A stretch of DNA of 64,000 nt from a virus (lineage: Duplodnaviria > Caudoviricetes). The notes beneath the pieces are model-generated. The model saw nothing but the letters and a program-made list of their open reading frames with translations, was not told the DNA's origin and did no database searches. The position numbers and the translations under genes are program-made. The stretch is taken from IMG/VR virus record IMGVR_UViG_3300037189_030782, one strand, 5' to 3'. Shown piece after piece: positions 17,947 through 28,300 of this stretch. The first letter of the stretch is position 1, and each line of letters opens with the position of its first letter.

Positions 17947-18980
17947 TGATTAATCCAAGACGGCAAAAGGTAAATATTCAGCTTCCTAAAGCCGTTCGAG
18001 TGTACGTGGAGCAAAATAAAAATCAACAGAATGTTGCTGCGCCCAAGCCGCCTGTAATGAGGCAGCAACAGAATCCAAATTACGTCGCACCATCTGTGGT
18101 CAGATTAGATCCTAGTACTAGACAGCCAGTATCACAAATCATAGAACAAGCGAATGAGTCAAGAGTAAATCTTTATAATGCCAGCAGGGCTGGCGTCAAG
18201 TCGCCGTCTCAGCCGTCGTCGCAGCAAGTGACGAGACGGCGAGGGCCGGTAATCCAATATTCGAGTGACAAAGATTTACCAGTTCAGTCTGCTTTCATAA
18301 ATCGGTTGAAAGACGTGGGGGTAGGGCGTGCTTTGATGATAATTGGGAACGGACCGAGCATTGCTACCGTAGATCTGGCAGAGCTCAAGGATAAAAAACG
18401 GATCGATATTTGCAGTATTAATAATCCAGACACAAGAGTATGGCCAACTCAATACTGGTGCTTCTTTGATAGTAGCCAATATCGAAGGCATAAAGCGCTA
18501 TTGGCTGACTACAAAGGAATCATTGTCACAGGTAGCAGTATTGCGAATTGTCACGCAAATCATCTGAGGCTTAGGAATTTGGGACAACAAACGTTCAGCA
18601 CTGATCTACTAAGAGGATTAGCCATTGGTCGTAGCAGTGTCTTCGCAGCTTTGCAAGTGGCTGAATGGATGAAGTATGATGAGATCTTTGTGTTCGGTGT
18701 AGACATGGATGCTAAAGGTATCGATGGTAAATTGCATTTTTACGGGACTAATCCTGACGTGCCGCCTCATGTGCGTGTTGAGCGATTTAAGGCTGAGGCT
18801 GATTGTTTCATGCAAGCGGTTAATAATATCGCTGAGGAGCGGAGGCAGAACATTCATTTTTGTAGTGAATACAACACATGGCCGTTCGTTAAGCATTTCA
18901 GCAACCACTCTGCGCAAGAAGGACTAGAGTTGGCTATCGCTCGTTGGGGCGCTGATGTTAGCCCATCAGTTGAATTCTAG
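17943..18980 (+). CDS. Maf/DUF115 (MptE-like) fold protein with a Q/P-rich N-terminal extension; putative nonulosonate-type transferase
   Basis: IIGNGPSI, ICSINN, GRSSVFAALQVAEWMKYDEIFVFGVDM. Confidence 0.7.
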   Translation: MMINPRRQKVNIQLPKAVRVYVEQNKNQQNVAAPKPPVMRQQQNPNYVAPSVVRLDPSTRQPVSQIIEQANESRVNLYNASRAGVKSPSQPSSQQVTRRRGPVIQYSSDKDLPVQSAFINRLKDVGVGRALMIIGNGPSIATVDLAELKDKKRIDICSINNPDTRVWPTQYWCFFDSSQYRRHKALLADYKGIIVTGSSIANCHANHLRLRNLGQQTFSTDLLRGLAIGRSSVFAALQVAEWMKYDEIFVFGVDMDAKGIDGKLHFYGTNPDVPPHVRVERFKAEADCFMQAVNNIAEERRQNIHFCSEYNTWPFVKHFSNHSAQEGLELAIARWGADVSPSVEF

Positions 18981-19016
18981 GAATAAATACACAGTTAATC
19001 ACTTCAGGAGCAGCAT

Positions 19017-19709
19017 ATGAATGGCAATCCGATCAGTAAGTTAGAACTCGACTGTTTTCAAATTAGCGAAATGTTAGAGTGCATGGAGTTCGCTGCGAAG
19101 CATAATTTGCCTGCTGTGGTAGTCCACCAGGGACTGAGTTCGGACGCATTGATCATAAGAAATAAGGTCAGAGGGAAGTTCAAAGTGGTAGTGCCAATAG
19201 ATTGGCCAAAAGGAGATCATTTCGGTAATCTAAAATTCCGCGGACTTACTATTGATAGTTTAGAGGGCGATGCGTTCGAGATCGTAATGAGTTCAGGTAA
19301 ATCAATAATGGATTTAAAAAATGAAGCTAGAGTGTGCACTGACTTCATTAGGACGTATCTCGGTCCGACGCAGGAGATCAGGTTCGTAGTTCCATCTACC
19401 AAGACTGATGTGGCATCTATTGCGGAGTTGGCCGGGTTGTTTCATGGTATTCGCAATCCTGCTTATGTGCGGTTTGGATTTGCTAGCAAAGCGCCTGCCA
19501 ATAAGGTCAGTCGATCATATAATATAGAGATCAGGACCAAATTGTTCGAAGCAGTCGGCGTTCCTATTAAAATGTGTGGTAATATTCAAACGATACAAGA
19601 CATTGATTTAATAGGCGCTGCTCGATATGGTGTCTCTTTGGCTTTTGCTAAAGTCATTATAAATGAGTATGCACTGGCTCAGGAAGAACGGCATAGTACC
19701 CCAGTGTGA
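19017..19709 (+). CDS. DeoC-like (deoxyribose-phosphate aldolase fold) TIM barrel, degenerate
   Basis: PIDWPKG, GDAFEIVM and IKMCGNIQTIQDIDLIGAARYGVS align to DeoC; the KTSTG Schiff-base Lys appears as RFGF. Confidence 0.6.
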   Translation: MNGNPISKLELDCFQISEMLECMEFAAKHNLPAVVVHQGLSSDALIIRNKVRGKFKVVVPIDWPKGDHFGNLKFRGLTIDSLEGDAFEIVMSSGKSIMDLKNEARVCTDFIRTYLGPTQEIRFVVPSTKTDVASIAELAGLFHGIRNPAYVRFGFASKAPANKVSRSYNIEIRTKLFEAVGVPIKMCGNIQTIQDIDLIGAARYGVSLAFAKVIINEYALAQEERHSTPV

Positions 19710-19765
19710 TCCTAGTATTGGTAGCACCGGGATATGTCTACTTTTTGTTACAGCAGGAGTTATAA

Positions 19766-20887
19766 ATGCAAAAGGGAAAATTCAATGTGGTAACAGACGG
19801 CAACTACGGTAGCACAGGTAAAGGTCATGTCAGCAGCGCCTTAGTGTACAGGTACAGACCTGAGATACTTACCAACACGAATATGGCGAATGCTGGCCAT
19901 ACAGCTGTATCACCAGATGGGAGCAAATTTGTCAGCAAGGCTTTACCAGCGCCAACTATAATGCGTAAATGGTTAGATAAATATGATCCGACCGTTATTA
20001 TGGGTGCTACTAGCGCATTTAAGCTTGACACGTTGCAGGCGGAATTAGATCAGGTTGGTCACGACATTAAGTTAATGATTCATGATCGTGCTGCTGTGAT
20101 CACGAAAGAGCATCAGGAGCGAGAAGCGTGTGGGTCAGATAGCACTAAACATGTGGCAAGCACAATGCAGGGTTGCGCCACCTGTCTATCGGACAAAATA
20201 TTGCGCAAGCAGGACGTCAAACTCGCTAGAGATTATGCTGATATAGCACCATTGATGGCAAGCAAACAATGTAGTGGAATGTCGCTTCCAGAATATCTTA
20301 CTACTATGATGCGTGGTGGGATGACAATTCTCCATGAGGGTAGCCAAGGGTTCGGATTAGATATTAATCATGGTAGTCATTATCCCCAATGTACTTCACG
20401 TAGCACCACCGCAATACAAAATCTTAGTGACCTTGGATTGCCACATCAGTGTATGGGTGATGTGTACTTAGTGCTTAGATGTCATCCTATTCGAGTTGGT
20501 AACGTAATCGAGGACGGTAAGGTCATAGGCTACAGCGGAGATTGTTACCCCGATCAACACGAGTTAACAATAGAGCAAATAGCAGCTGAATGTGGCGCTC
20601 CGCCTGATGTCATTCGTGGTATCGAAATTACCACGGTCACTAAGCGTCAGCGCCGGATGTTCTCATTTAGCGCGCAGCAGGCCAAACAGGCGGCTCTAAG
20701 CAATGGAGCTACAAAATTGGTACTGACATTCGTTAATTATATCGATTGGTCATGTTACGGGGTGAAGGAGTACAATAAGTTACCTCAAAAAGTGCAGTCG
20801 TTCGTGCACAAGATCGAAGATGAATTGAGGTTACCAGTAGTAATGGTAGGGACTGGGCCAGCTTATGATGACGTTTGCATCATCTAA
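19766..20887 (+). CDS. purZ: PurZ-type adenylosuccinate synthetase homologue (N6-succino-2-amino-dAMP synthase)
   Basis: GNYGSTGKG (Ser at PurA Asp13), NMANAGHT, EGSQG..LD, YPQCTSR, RCHPIRVG, YPDQHELT, TTVTKRQRRMFSFS, TFVNY. Confidence 0.8.
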   Translation: MQKGKFNVVTDGNYGSTGKGHVSSALVYRYRPEILTNTNMANAGHTAVSPDGSKFVSKALPAPTIMRKWLDKYDPTVIMGATSAFKLDTLQAELDQVGHDIKLMIHDRAAVITKEHQEREACGSDSTKHVASTMQGCATCLSDKILRKQDVKLARDYADIAPLMASKQCSGMSLPEYLTTMMRGGMTILHEGSQGFGLDINHGSHYPQCTSRSTTAIQNLSDLGLPHQCMGDVYLVLRCHPIRVGNVIEDGKVIGYSGDCYPDQHELTIEQIAAECGAPPDVIRGIEITTVTKRQRRMFSFSAQQAKQAALSNGATKLVLTFVNYIDWSCYGVKEYNKLPQKVQSFVHKIEDELRLPVVMVGTGPAYDDVCII

Positions 20888-21569
20888 TAAATTCGCATAT
20901 TTAGATGAGATTAGCGATGATCTTGACGAGGCCTTGGCTCACACCAAGGCCTTGTCCTTTTCACGCGTGTGGTATCGGAAACATAAGTATAAGTCATTTA
21001 CTCAGTTGTCTGACGATGAGCACAAGCATATTAAAGGAAAATTGATAGCATCGAACTTAGCATTGGTCGGATTTAATATCACGGTTGAGGACTTAACTAA
21101 TACAAAGCTAACTGGATTATTAGGTTATTATAAAGTCAAGTGGCTGAGCTTACAATTCGACAGTAGAAAGCACTACGATGATCATTATGATAGAGCGATG
21201 GAGTTCGCTAGTTCTTTAATACCATTAGGTGTGACTGTGGTGTGTCCGTATTATTGGTGGTTACTTAATCATTCAAAACAATTCAGGTCTTATAAGTTAG
21301 AAGCTATGTTGATCTTGAATAATATCAATATTAGTATTAGGAAGTCTTTGCCTATGAAAAGTGTCGCCATAATAGATACTGTTGATGTGTTACCTGGCCA
21401 TGGAACACAATGGCTAGGTGACGGTAAATTGGATTTTGCCGGATGCATTTCAGATATCGGCGACGGCGTGTTGGTGGGGTGTGCTCATTCTATGGTAGTG
21501 CGGCAAGGTAAGACTAAGGTAGATAACATGCATGTAGTATTAAGCAGGTTGGAGCGATATTATGATTAA
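20865..21569 (+). CDS. Xylose-isomerase/AP-endonuclease-2-like TIM barrel, degenerate
   Basis: N-terminal LDEISDDLDEAL...VWYR and C-terminal LGDGKLDF; metal ligands poorly conserved. Confidence 0.55.
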   Translation: MMTFASSNKFAYLDEISDDLDEALAHTKALSFSRVWYRKHKYKSFTQLSDDEHKHIKGKLIASNLALVGFNITVEDLTNTKLTGLLGYYKVKWLSLQFDSRKHYDDHYDRAMEFASSLIPLGVTVVCPYYWWLLNHSKQFRSYKLEAMLILNNINISIRKSLPMKSVAIIDTVDVLPGHGTQWLGDGKLDFAGCISDIGDGVLVGCAHSMVVRQGKTKVDNMHVVLSRLERYYD

Positions 21570-21774
21570 CATGAATGAAGCAGTATTGAAAATAAAAGCG
21601 GCAGGATCAAAGGCAGTTAGGATCGTTCCGGGCCCAGGACAATCGGTTGATGGTGGTCTATATCAAATAGAAATTTTAGAGTCAGCTGGATGGTCGACAG
21701 TAATTCAAGGTGTGACTAAACAGGTAGCGGAGTCTATGGTAAACCAGGCAATAAATCGTGTGATTCTAGGATGA
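21562..21774 (+). CDS. Hypothetical protein
   Basis: 70 aa, overlaps both neighbours. Confidence 0.6.
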   Translation: MINMNEAVLKIKAAGSKAVRIVPGPGQSVDGGLYQIEILESAGWSTVIQGVTKQVAESMVNQAINRVILG

Positions 21775-22205
21775 AAAAGAAAATCGTATCAGTTATGGAG
21801 CTGGCAAAGTACAAAATCGGAGATCTTGCATATCATGTAATGTTACAGCCAACTGGAAAAATTCCTAGACTAGCGTCAGCAGACAAATGGATGCGAGAAG
21901 TCCACCCCAAAGTCCTATATTCTAGTGGGCCTTTCAAGCATCTATGGAAATACACAAGCGTACTACCTCGTGTCAGCTGGAATGATTTTGAAGATTTAAT
22001 AATGGTTATAACCGCAAGCGTAGCAGTACAACCGTTTTGTGTGAAGGGCATTGAAAGATGTAAGCATACTGGTGAATTCATTTATACAAATGAAGACGAC
22101 GTCGAAATACCTGAATCTTGCTTGTTCGACACAAAGCAAGCTGCATCGTTAGAACGGTCTAGGATATTGAAGCTATTCAAGAAATGGGTCGAAGTGCAAA
22201 CGTAG
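21771..22205 (+). CDS. Hypothetical protein (KYKIGD SH3/KOW-like start)
   Basis: 144 aa, ATGA overlap. Confidence 0.6.
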   Translation: MKKKIVSVMELAKYKIGDLAYHVMLQPTGKIPRLASADKWMREVHPKVLYSSGPFKHLWKYTSVLPRVSWNDFEDLIMVITASVAVQPFCVKGIERCKHTGEFIYTNEDDVEIPESCLFDTKQAASLERSRILKLFKKWVEVQT

Positions 22206-22309
22206 TGGCCCATTTGTAACTTCAATGGCTTTGGTTAGTATCGTTTGGATGTTATATGAACTAAATCTATTGTAAGTGTGATACATTACAGTAGCCAAAG
22301 TGAATCGTC

Positions 22310-25300
22310 ATGGAAATAAATCTTAATGGTAGTGGTATCGGGATCAATAACTATTCCGAGGTCCTTGTAGTCGATATCGAAACACGCAACACTTTCTGTG
22401 AGAATAATTCATATAATCAGGATACCTTGTTAGCGTATGCGAATCAATTAGCTCATAAAAACATCACGACAGTGTGTAAGCCGATCCAGACAAATGCTGT
22501 CAGAATTACACAAGATAAGGTCAATAAAACAAGCAGGAGTACATTTCCGCGGATAACAGATAATGCGTTGCTTGGCAATTGCATCGATGATCAAGCCTTA
22601 GCGTGTCAGAATGAATCGACGCCGCTTGACGTACATTTTATCATAGATCTGAGCACACCGGCTTTACGGCAAGTTGGAGATCTTGCCACATATTTAGATC
22701 AATTGATCGTAAGCATGAAAGAGAGATATGGTGGAGGATTAAGGGCGAGCTACACTTTCTTAACCCCAATTGATAATGTTATTGATACGTCGACTCAATG
22801 GACCATACAGCATTTGGCAGGACCCAGTATTATCACCACAGGTGACTCCGCCGGGATCACATATCATCTTCCGGTAGCCTGTGCAACAGTGAGTTCATTG
22901 AAAGCATCATATCATAATGGCAACCTTGGAGTAGGAGCAACATTGACGGCTAGTGAGAATCGCACCTTGATGAGGATAGACGGCTATCAGCCACTGCTTA
23001 ATGATCGTATATTAGTCAAAGATCAATTGCTTCAGCAAGCTAATGGGATTTATGTCGTAACTGATTTAGGTAGCGGCAGTAAACCGTATGTTCTCACCAG
23101 GTCTAACGATTTCGACGGCAGTTCTGCTGCAGTAACACCTGGGTGGGCGACGACAGTTAGCAAAGGATTGACCAACAGTGGCTTGTCTTTCGTGTCAACT
23201 GGCGTGGGGACTTTAACTTCCGGAACTCATGCAATCTTGTTTGGTGTCGACGCAGTGGTGTTTACTAATAGTAGTCTGGTCAAGTATTCGTGTGTTACAC
23301 CGTCAATTGTCGATTATCTAAACGTGAACAATTCGAAGCTGCTGCTGACTACGAGCAATAGTCGGATCTGTCCGTATGATATAGTTATAAACAATTTAAT
23401 AAGGCAATCGTCATTCTCTTACGGTACGGTAATAACAGATAGCGTGGTAGTGCGGGCTAGTGACATCAAGACGTGTCGATTTGTTAGAAGATCACTGGCG
23501 TATTTGCAGTTATTCGTCATCTCTAATCGCAGCTTTACACTGTCTGACAACAGCGTCATAAATTTTGAAGGCTCTTTGGATAATGCGGTAAATTGCAGCG
23601 TTAACATTAGTCCGATTGTCACCAATGGACAGTTGACATCAGACTTTAGTAAAGCTTTTAATGTTTATCGCAATCATGGCGTTGAACCGTACACTGTGTT
23701 CAATGCAGCTGAGTTATTCAGCATAATCCATGGTCAAATCAAAAAGTACTACGATGGGCTATTCATTAGTGTCGCCAATAATGTCGATAAACAATACCTA
23801 TATCAGACTGGCCAATATGTTAAATCGGTCAAAGGCAATAATGTGGCTAATTTGGCCATTTCCTCTGCGGTCGATTTTAGTGCCTATGATACGGTTAATG
23901 ACTTTTTAGCGGTCGTATCAGGCAATCAACTGCAAGTGATAAAGTTGGCTGAGTATAGGCTGGTCGCTAAGTACACGTATGATTACGAGATAGTAGGGTT
24001 AGCGTTCGATAAGTATCTGCAACTTAGTTTGTTAACCCAAGTCGGCACTACGTTATCGGTGTTATCGATCCAAGTGTCAGATTTATCAGCAGTTACAGAA
24101 AAATATGTTTTAGACATTTCTTCATATGGCGTCATACCGGTAGGCAGCATAAGGTTTCATAGTCCGAAAGCGGTCGATGTAGATTTCTTGACCTTTGCTG
24201 TCAATGGTGATGGTGGATCTAATCTACGATATACTATAGCGTTGCGGCAACTTGATGGCAACCAGGCCACAGAAGTTCTACCGCATGTTGGCTCATTTGT
24301 CGGGTTCGATTCATTTACCAATCGGTTTTACATTTTAGATGCGCTCACTAAAAAGATATTGAGATTTGATGGTCTTGCCGAATATTTCTTTGATGGATTG
24401 AGTAACGCCACGCAGGTTTATGATGTTGCTTTAATCGAGGTGACGCTCGATGAAGATAGTGGCCATTTGATTGGGTTCAATGGTACCAGTTGGCTCGACA
24501 TAGATCTCGCTGGCGCTAGTGTTGCACTTGGTATCACTCAGGAAGTCGATAACTTTATCGGCATTAAACTTAACTTGTCGTGCCCTGAAGATTATTCACT
24601 TTTGTCGGTTCATAACGTGCCATTTGGTGGCATTAGCAACTGGTCGAACCGCAATAAATCTTTCGATAATATTCTGGTGTCCAATGGTGGATCTACATAC
24701 AGGCAATATCTAGATTTGATAGCTGGTAGCACCTACACGCTTACGATTGATGCGGTTATTTTAGATCAAGTAAGCAGTCAGGGCAATTTTTGTGTTACGA
24801 TAGGATTCACTGGTGTCTCATATCAATATCCGATACATCGGACTGGCCCAGTTACTTTATTGTTTGAAGCTGTGGGTGGTCCGTGTCTGATTGAGCTTTT
24901 TGTCAGTCCTTTTTATGATAGCAAGGAGATAGCGGTTAATAATCTTATTGTGTGCGAGACCAAAGAAATAGTGTGTGGACTGGTCGAGAACATAGAAATG
25001 ACACTAAAGTGGGGCACTCCTGAATCTGTCGATATACCTCGTTTACCATTGAACATATTTAACGCATTTTTGAAATTAATTTATCGGAATCCCACAACAC
25101 CATCAGAGTTTAAGAATACATTTCTACTGCCCACCTGCGAAGGGCATACGTGCATTGGCGATCCACCAAAAGTCGTTAGTGTCACATGCAATTATGGCGA
25201 TACTGTTGACTTCTGGAAGCAACAGGGATTAGGCACGGTGGCGCAAGTCAGCATCTTGTCGCAGAATCTGACGAAGAAGTTTATGGAAGGAGTGACTGAA

Positions 25301-28300
25301 AATAAAACAAGCAGTGTGGAAGGATTCGCCAATTGGCTTTGGAGCATTCCGCAAAGTAAGAGCGCAGTGATTAATGACGAATTAACCGCTTATTTTCCCA
25401 GTTACGAAGATCCAGTTAACATTCTGGATACCATAGAAGTCTACATCTTAGCGAATCAGGTTTATCCGAGTGGCGATTTTCCTCCTAAGCATTGTGACAA
25501 TTACCCAGCCATGTTTGAGGATCCCGGCGTCAATCTGTCGGTAGAGATCAGCTATGATGACCAAAGGAAAGTTAACCACACTTTCTCTAAGAGCTTTAAT
25601 CGCAATGACATCTTTACGACTTATGGGGACTTCACACGGAATCTTCCAAGTCAATGGGACACGTTAACCAGCTTAGGTAATGGAGTGCGTGGGAACAAAG
25701 CGGCGTGGCACGTGGCTCAATTTATTTTGGATACACCAGATGGTAAGCAGCCAGATGGCGCAGCTACGTTAAATCAGTGCTCTAAGCCATTAAAAGTAGT
25801 CCTCAGTGGCACTGGTTCTATGTATGTGTTTCCCGGCGCTAATAAACCAGCGCCTACGGTAGTAGCGTCTGGCAATGCCTATAATGTGAGACCATGTCAA
25901 CCGCAAATGGGATTTAAAATGGTCAGCGCTGGCAGAGCTGATTATAGTGTGGTGTCATTCAGTCAGCCTAATGCAACTGGCGGGACTTACAAGGTGACAT
26001 TCCAAAAAAACGGCGTAAATTCTCCGTTCGTGTTTGAATTAGCAAATGGTGAAAAGCCAGAGATGCTCGTTAAGCTTTTAGCGTCTAGGGCTGGTTTTGT
26101 GACAGCGGCAAGCGATATTGGTCTAAGTGGAACAGGCACAAAGAGCGACCCGTTCGTGCTGGCATTCGTCGGCAGGTCTCAAGGTATAGGTTATAGCATT
26201 ACGAGCACCGACGGTAGTGGCCTGAGTGGTGCAGGATCATTTGACACTGAAGTGATAGCTTCAGGTGGCGCACAACGTGATATCTTCACTGTAAAGTTTA
26301 AAAATAGCTTAGAGATACAAAATTCGCCGATTAACACACCTACTTTCAATGAATATTATGCTACATTATACCTTGTATATGGCAACAGCACTTATTCATC
26401 TCCAGATGCTACTGCCACTTACGTGAGCAGTAGCGTAGGTACTACAGCATCAGCTATATTGAATTTCATTAACACTATGGTCGATTCAAGTGGCAAATCT
26501 TTCGGAACCACTTACGGCGTTGATTTTGTGAGTGTCAGCCCAGGTATAGATCCAACTTATGGTCCGTTTACTATAGGATTTAGCGCTCCCGCCAAGGATG
26601 AGAAAGTACAACTGTACTTTAAAACTATCCTTACAAACGGTACAAATCGCAACACGATCGATAGTAGGAATAACCTATCGTATGACCCAGTGGACCTAGT
26701 GCATAAATCACAATTTGGTAGCAAGACTGCTGCATCGCAAAAGCTTATGGTCAACGCTAGTGGCGGATCATTCATATTAGGGCTTCCGGCTAACACTGGC
26801 ACCGTCACACCGCGTGGCATTTATCTGCTAGTGTCTTACGAATTCCCTAATACATCGACGTATACAGCCAGTGCACCTTTTAACATAATTGTATCTGGGA
26901 TTGATAAAGATGCCAATGGTCAAGATAATCAGTATCAGGTGGCAATCACGCCTGACCGATGTAACACTACTAGTGCTGGTTGCGATGCGTTTTTAGCTTG
27001 CGACCCGAATGTCAGCAAAAACATTCAATATTTAAAGTGGTCGGTACGTGGAATTAATGGTGCTTGCGCTAATAACGTTTATACCTCGTTCAGTCAAAGT
27101 CTCGATGTGCCAATGAGTGATTGGATCAGTAAAATAGTCAATTCGTTTGATTTAACATTAACTACGGTTTATCCATTTGCACCTAATGTGAATTTGTCTG
27201 ATGAGCCGATACCTAGTTCTGTACCTAGCTGCGATATTAATTGCATTGTCAGGGTATTTGCTGACAATGGCACCACAAATACTAACACGTTCACGCAGGT
27301 TTTTAGTCAGGTTATTAAGGCGACTGCAGGTAAAGAATTTACTAAGAAATTTAAGGTGACAGTGCCCGAAGCGGGATATGTCTACACACGACCTATCCAG
27401 GCTAATGCTGCAGCTTCCGATGTTTTAGCAGCTGTTAAGGATCTCAAGGACACTGCGCCTTCTGATGCTGTGGTTGAATTAGATACGGTTGAGAAGGATG
27501 GCAGTAATTTTAGCTATATCTTAAAATGGAATGCCGGTTATGCAATTGAGCCCGTGATTGTCGACACTGCCGGTTTGAGCGGTGCGACTGTGCAATATAC
27601 TAACACAGCTTCAGGCTCTTATGAGATATGCAAGCAGGTTTTAACGTTACAGAACGCAACGGATGGTTATTTTAGCGTTAACGTGGCTTATGGGAGTAGG
27701 AATACTACAACAGACGCTATAAGTATACCATTCCGAGATGTTGATTTGCAATATGCGCTGCTTAATACCAGAGGCGTATTTCCTGTCGATTCTCTCACTG
27801 TTACACAAGTGCAAACAGTAGATCCTAAGCTCGTGAAGATCTACAACATTGAATTCGCGCCTTTCATGGGACCAGTGCCGTTGTTAGAATCAATCTCTGC
27901 TGGTACGATCAGGTGCTATCCTGTTGCGATACCGCCGTTGCCGCCGCCACCGTTTAAGCTGCCTACATATAGCTGTGTAGAGGGTCCGGAGGATCTGTTA
28001 TTCTCTTTTTGTGGCATCACTGGAGACGGACCAGAGTCTATTGCAGCCGTTGGCTATTCGGCCAAGCAGCTGTCAAGTGTGAGCACCAGTATTAAAGCCA
28101 AGGCGGAATTAGTGAATCCTGAGCAGAGACTGACATTACGGCAGATGATTTTAAAGACCAATAGTGGTAACCCTAATGACTTCTTGGGTTACCAATATGA
28201 TAATTTAAGTGGATCAGTCAGGAGGGTTGGCTTAGAAACGGTGCTTGAGACCCAAACTAGTTATATGATTGTCAAAAAGGTCGTGTACGGTGTGTCTTAT

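Noticed and set aside
19766-20887. Ordinary auxiliary PurA
   Set aside because: Lacks the GDEGKG Asp and the TKLD motif; matches PurZ signatures instead (a phylogeny is still needed)
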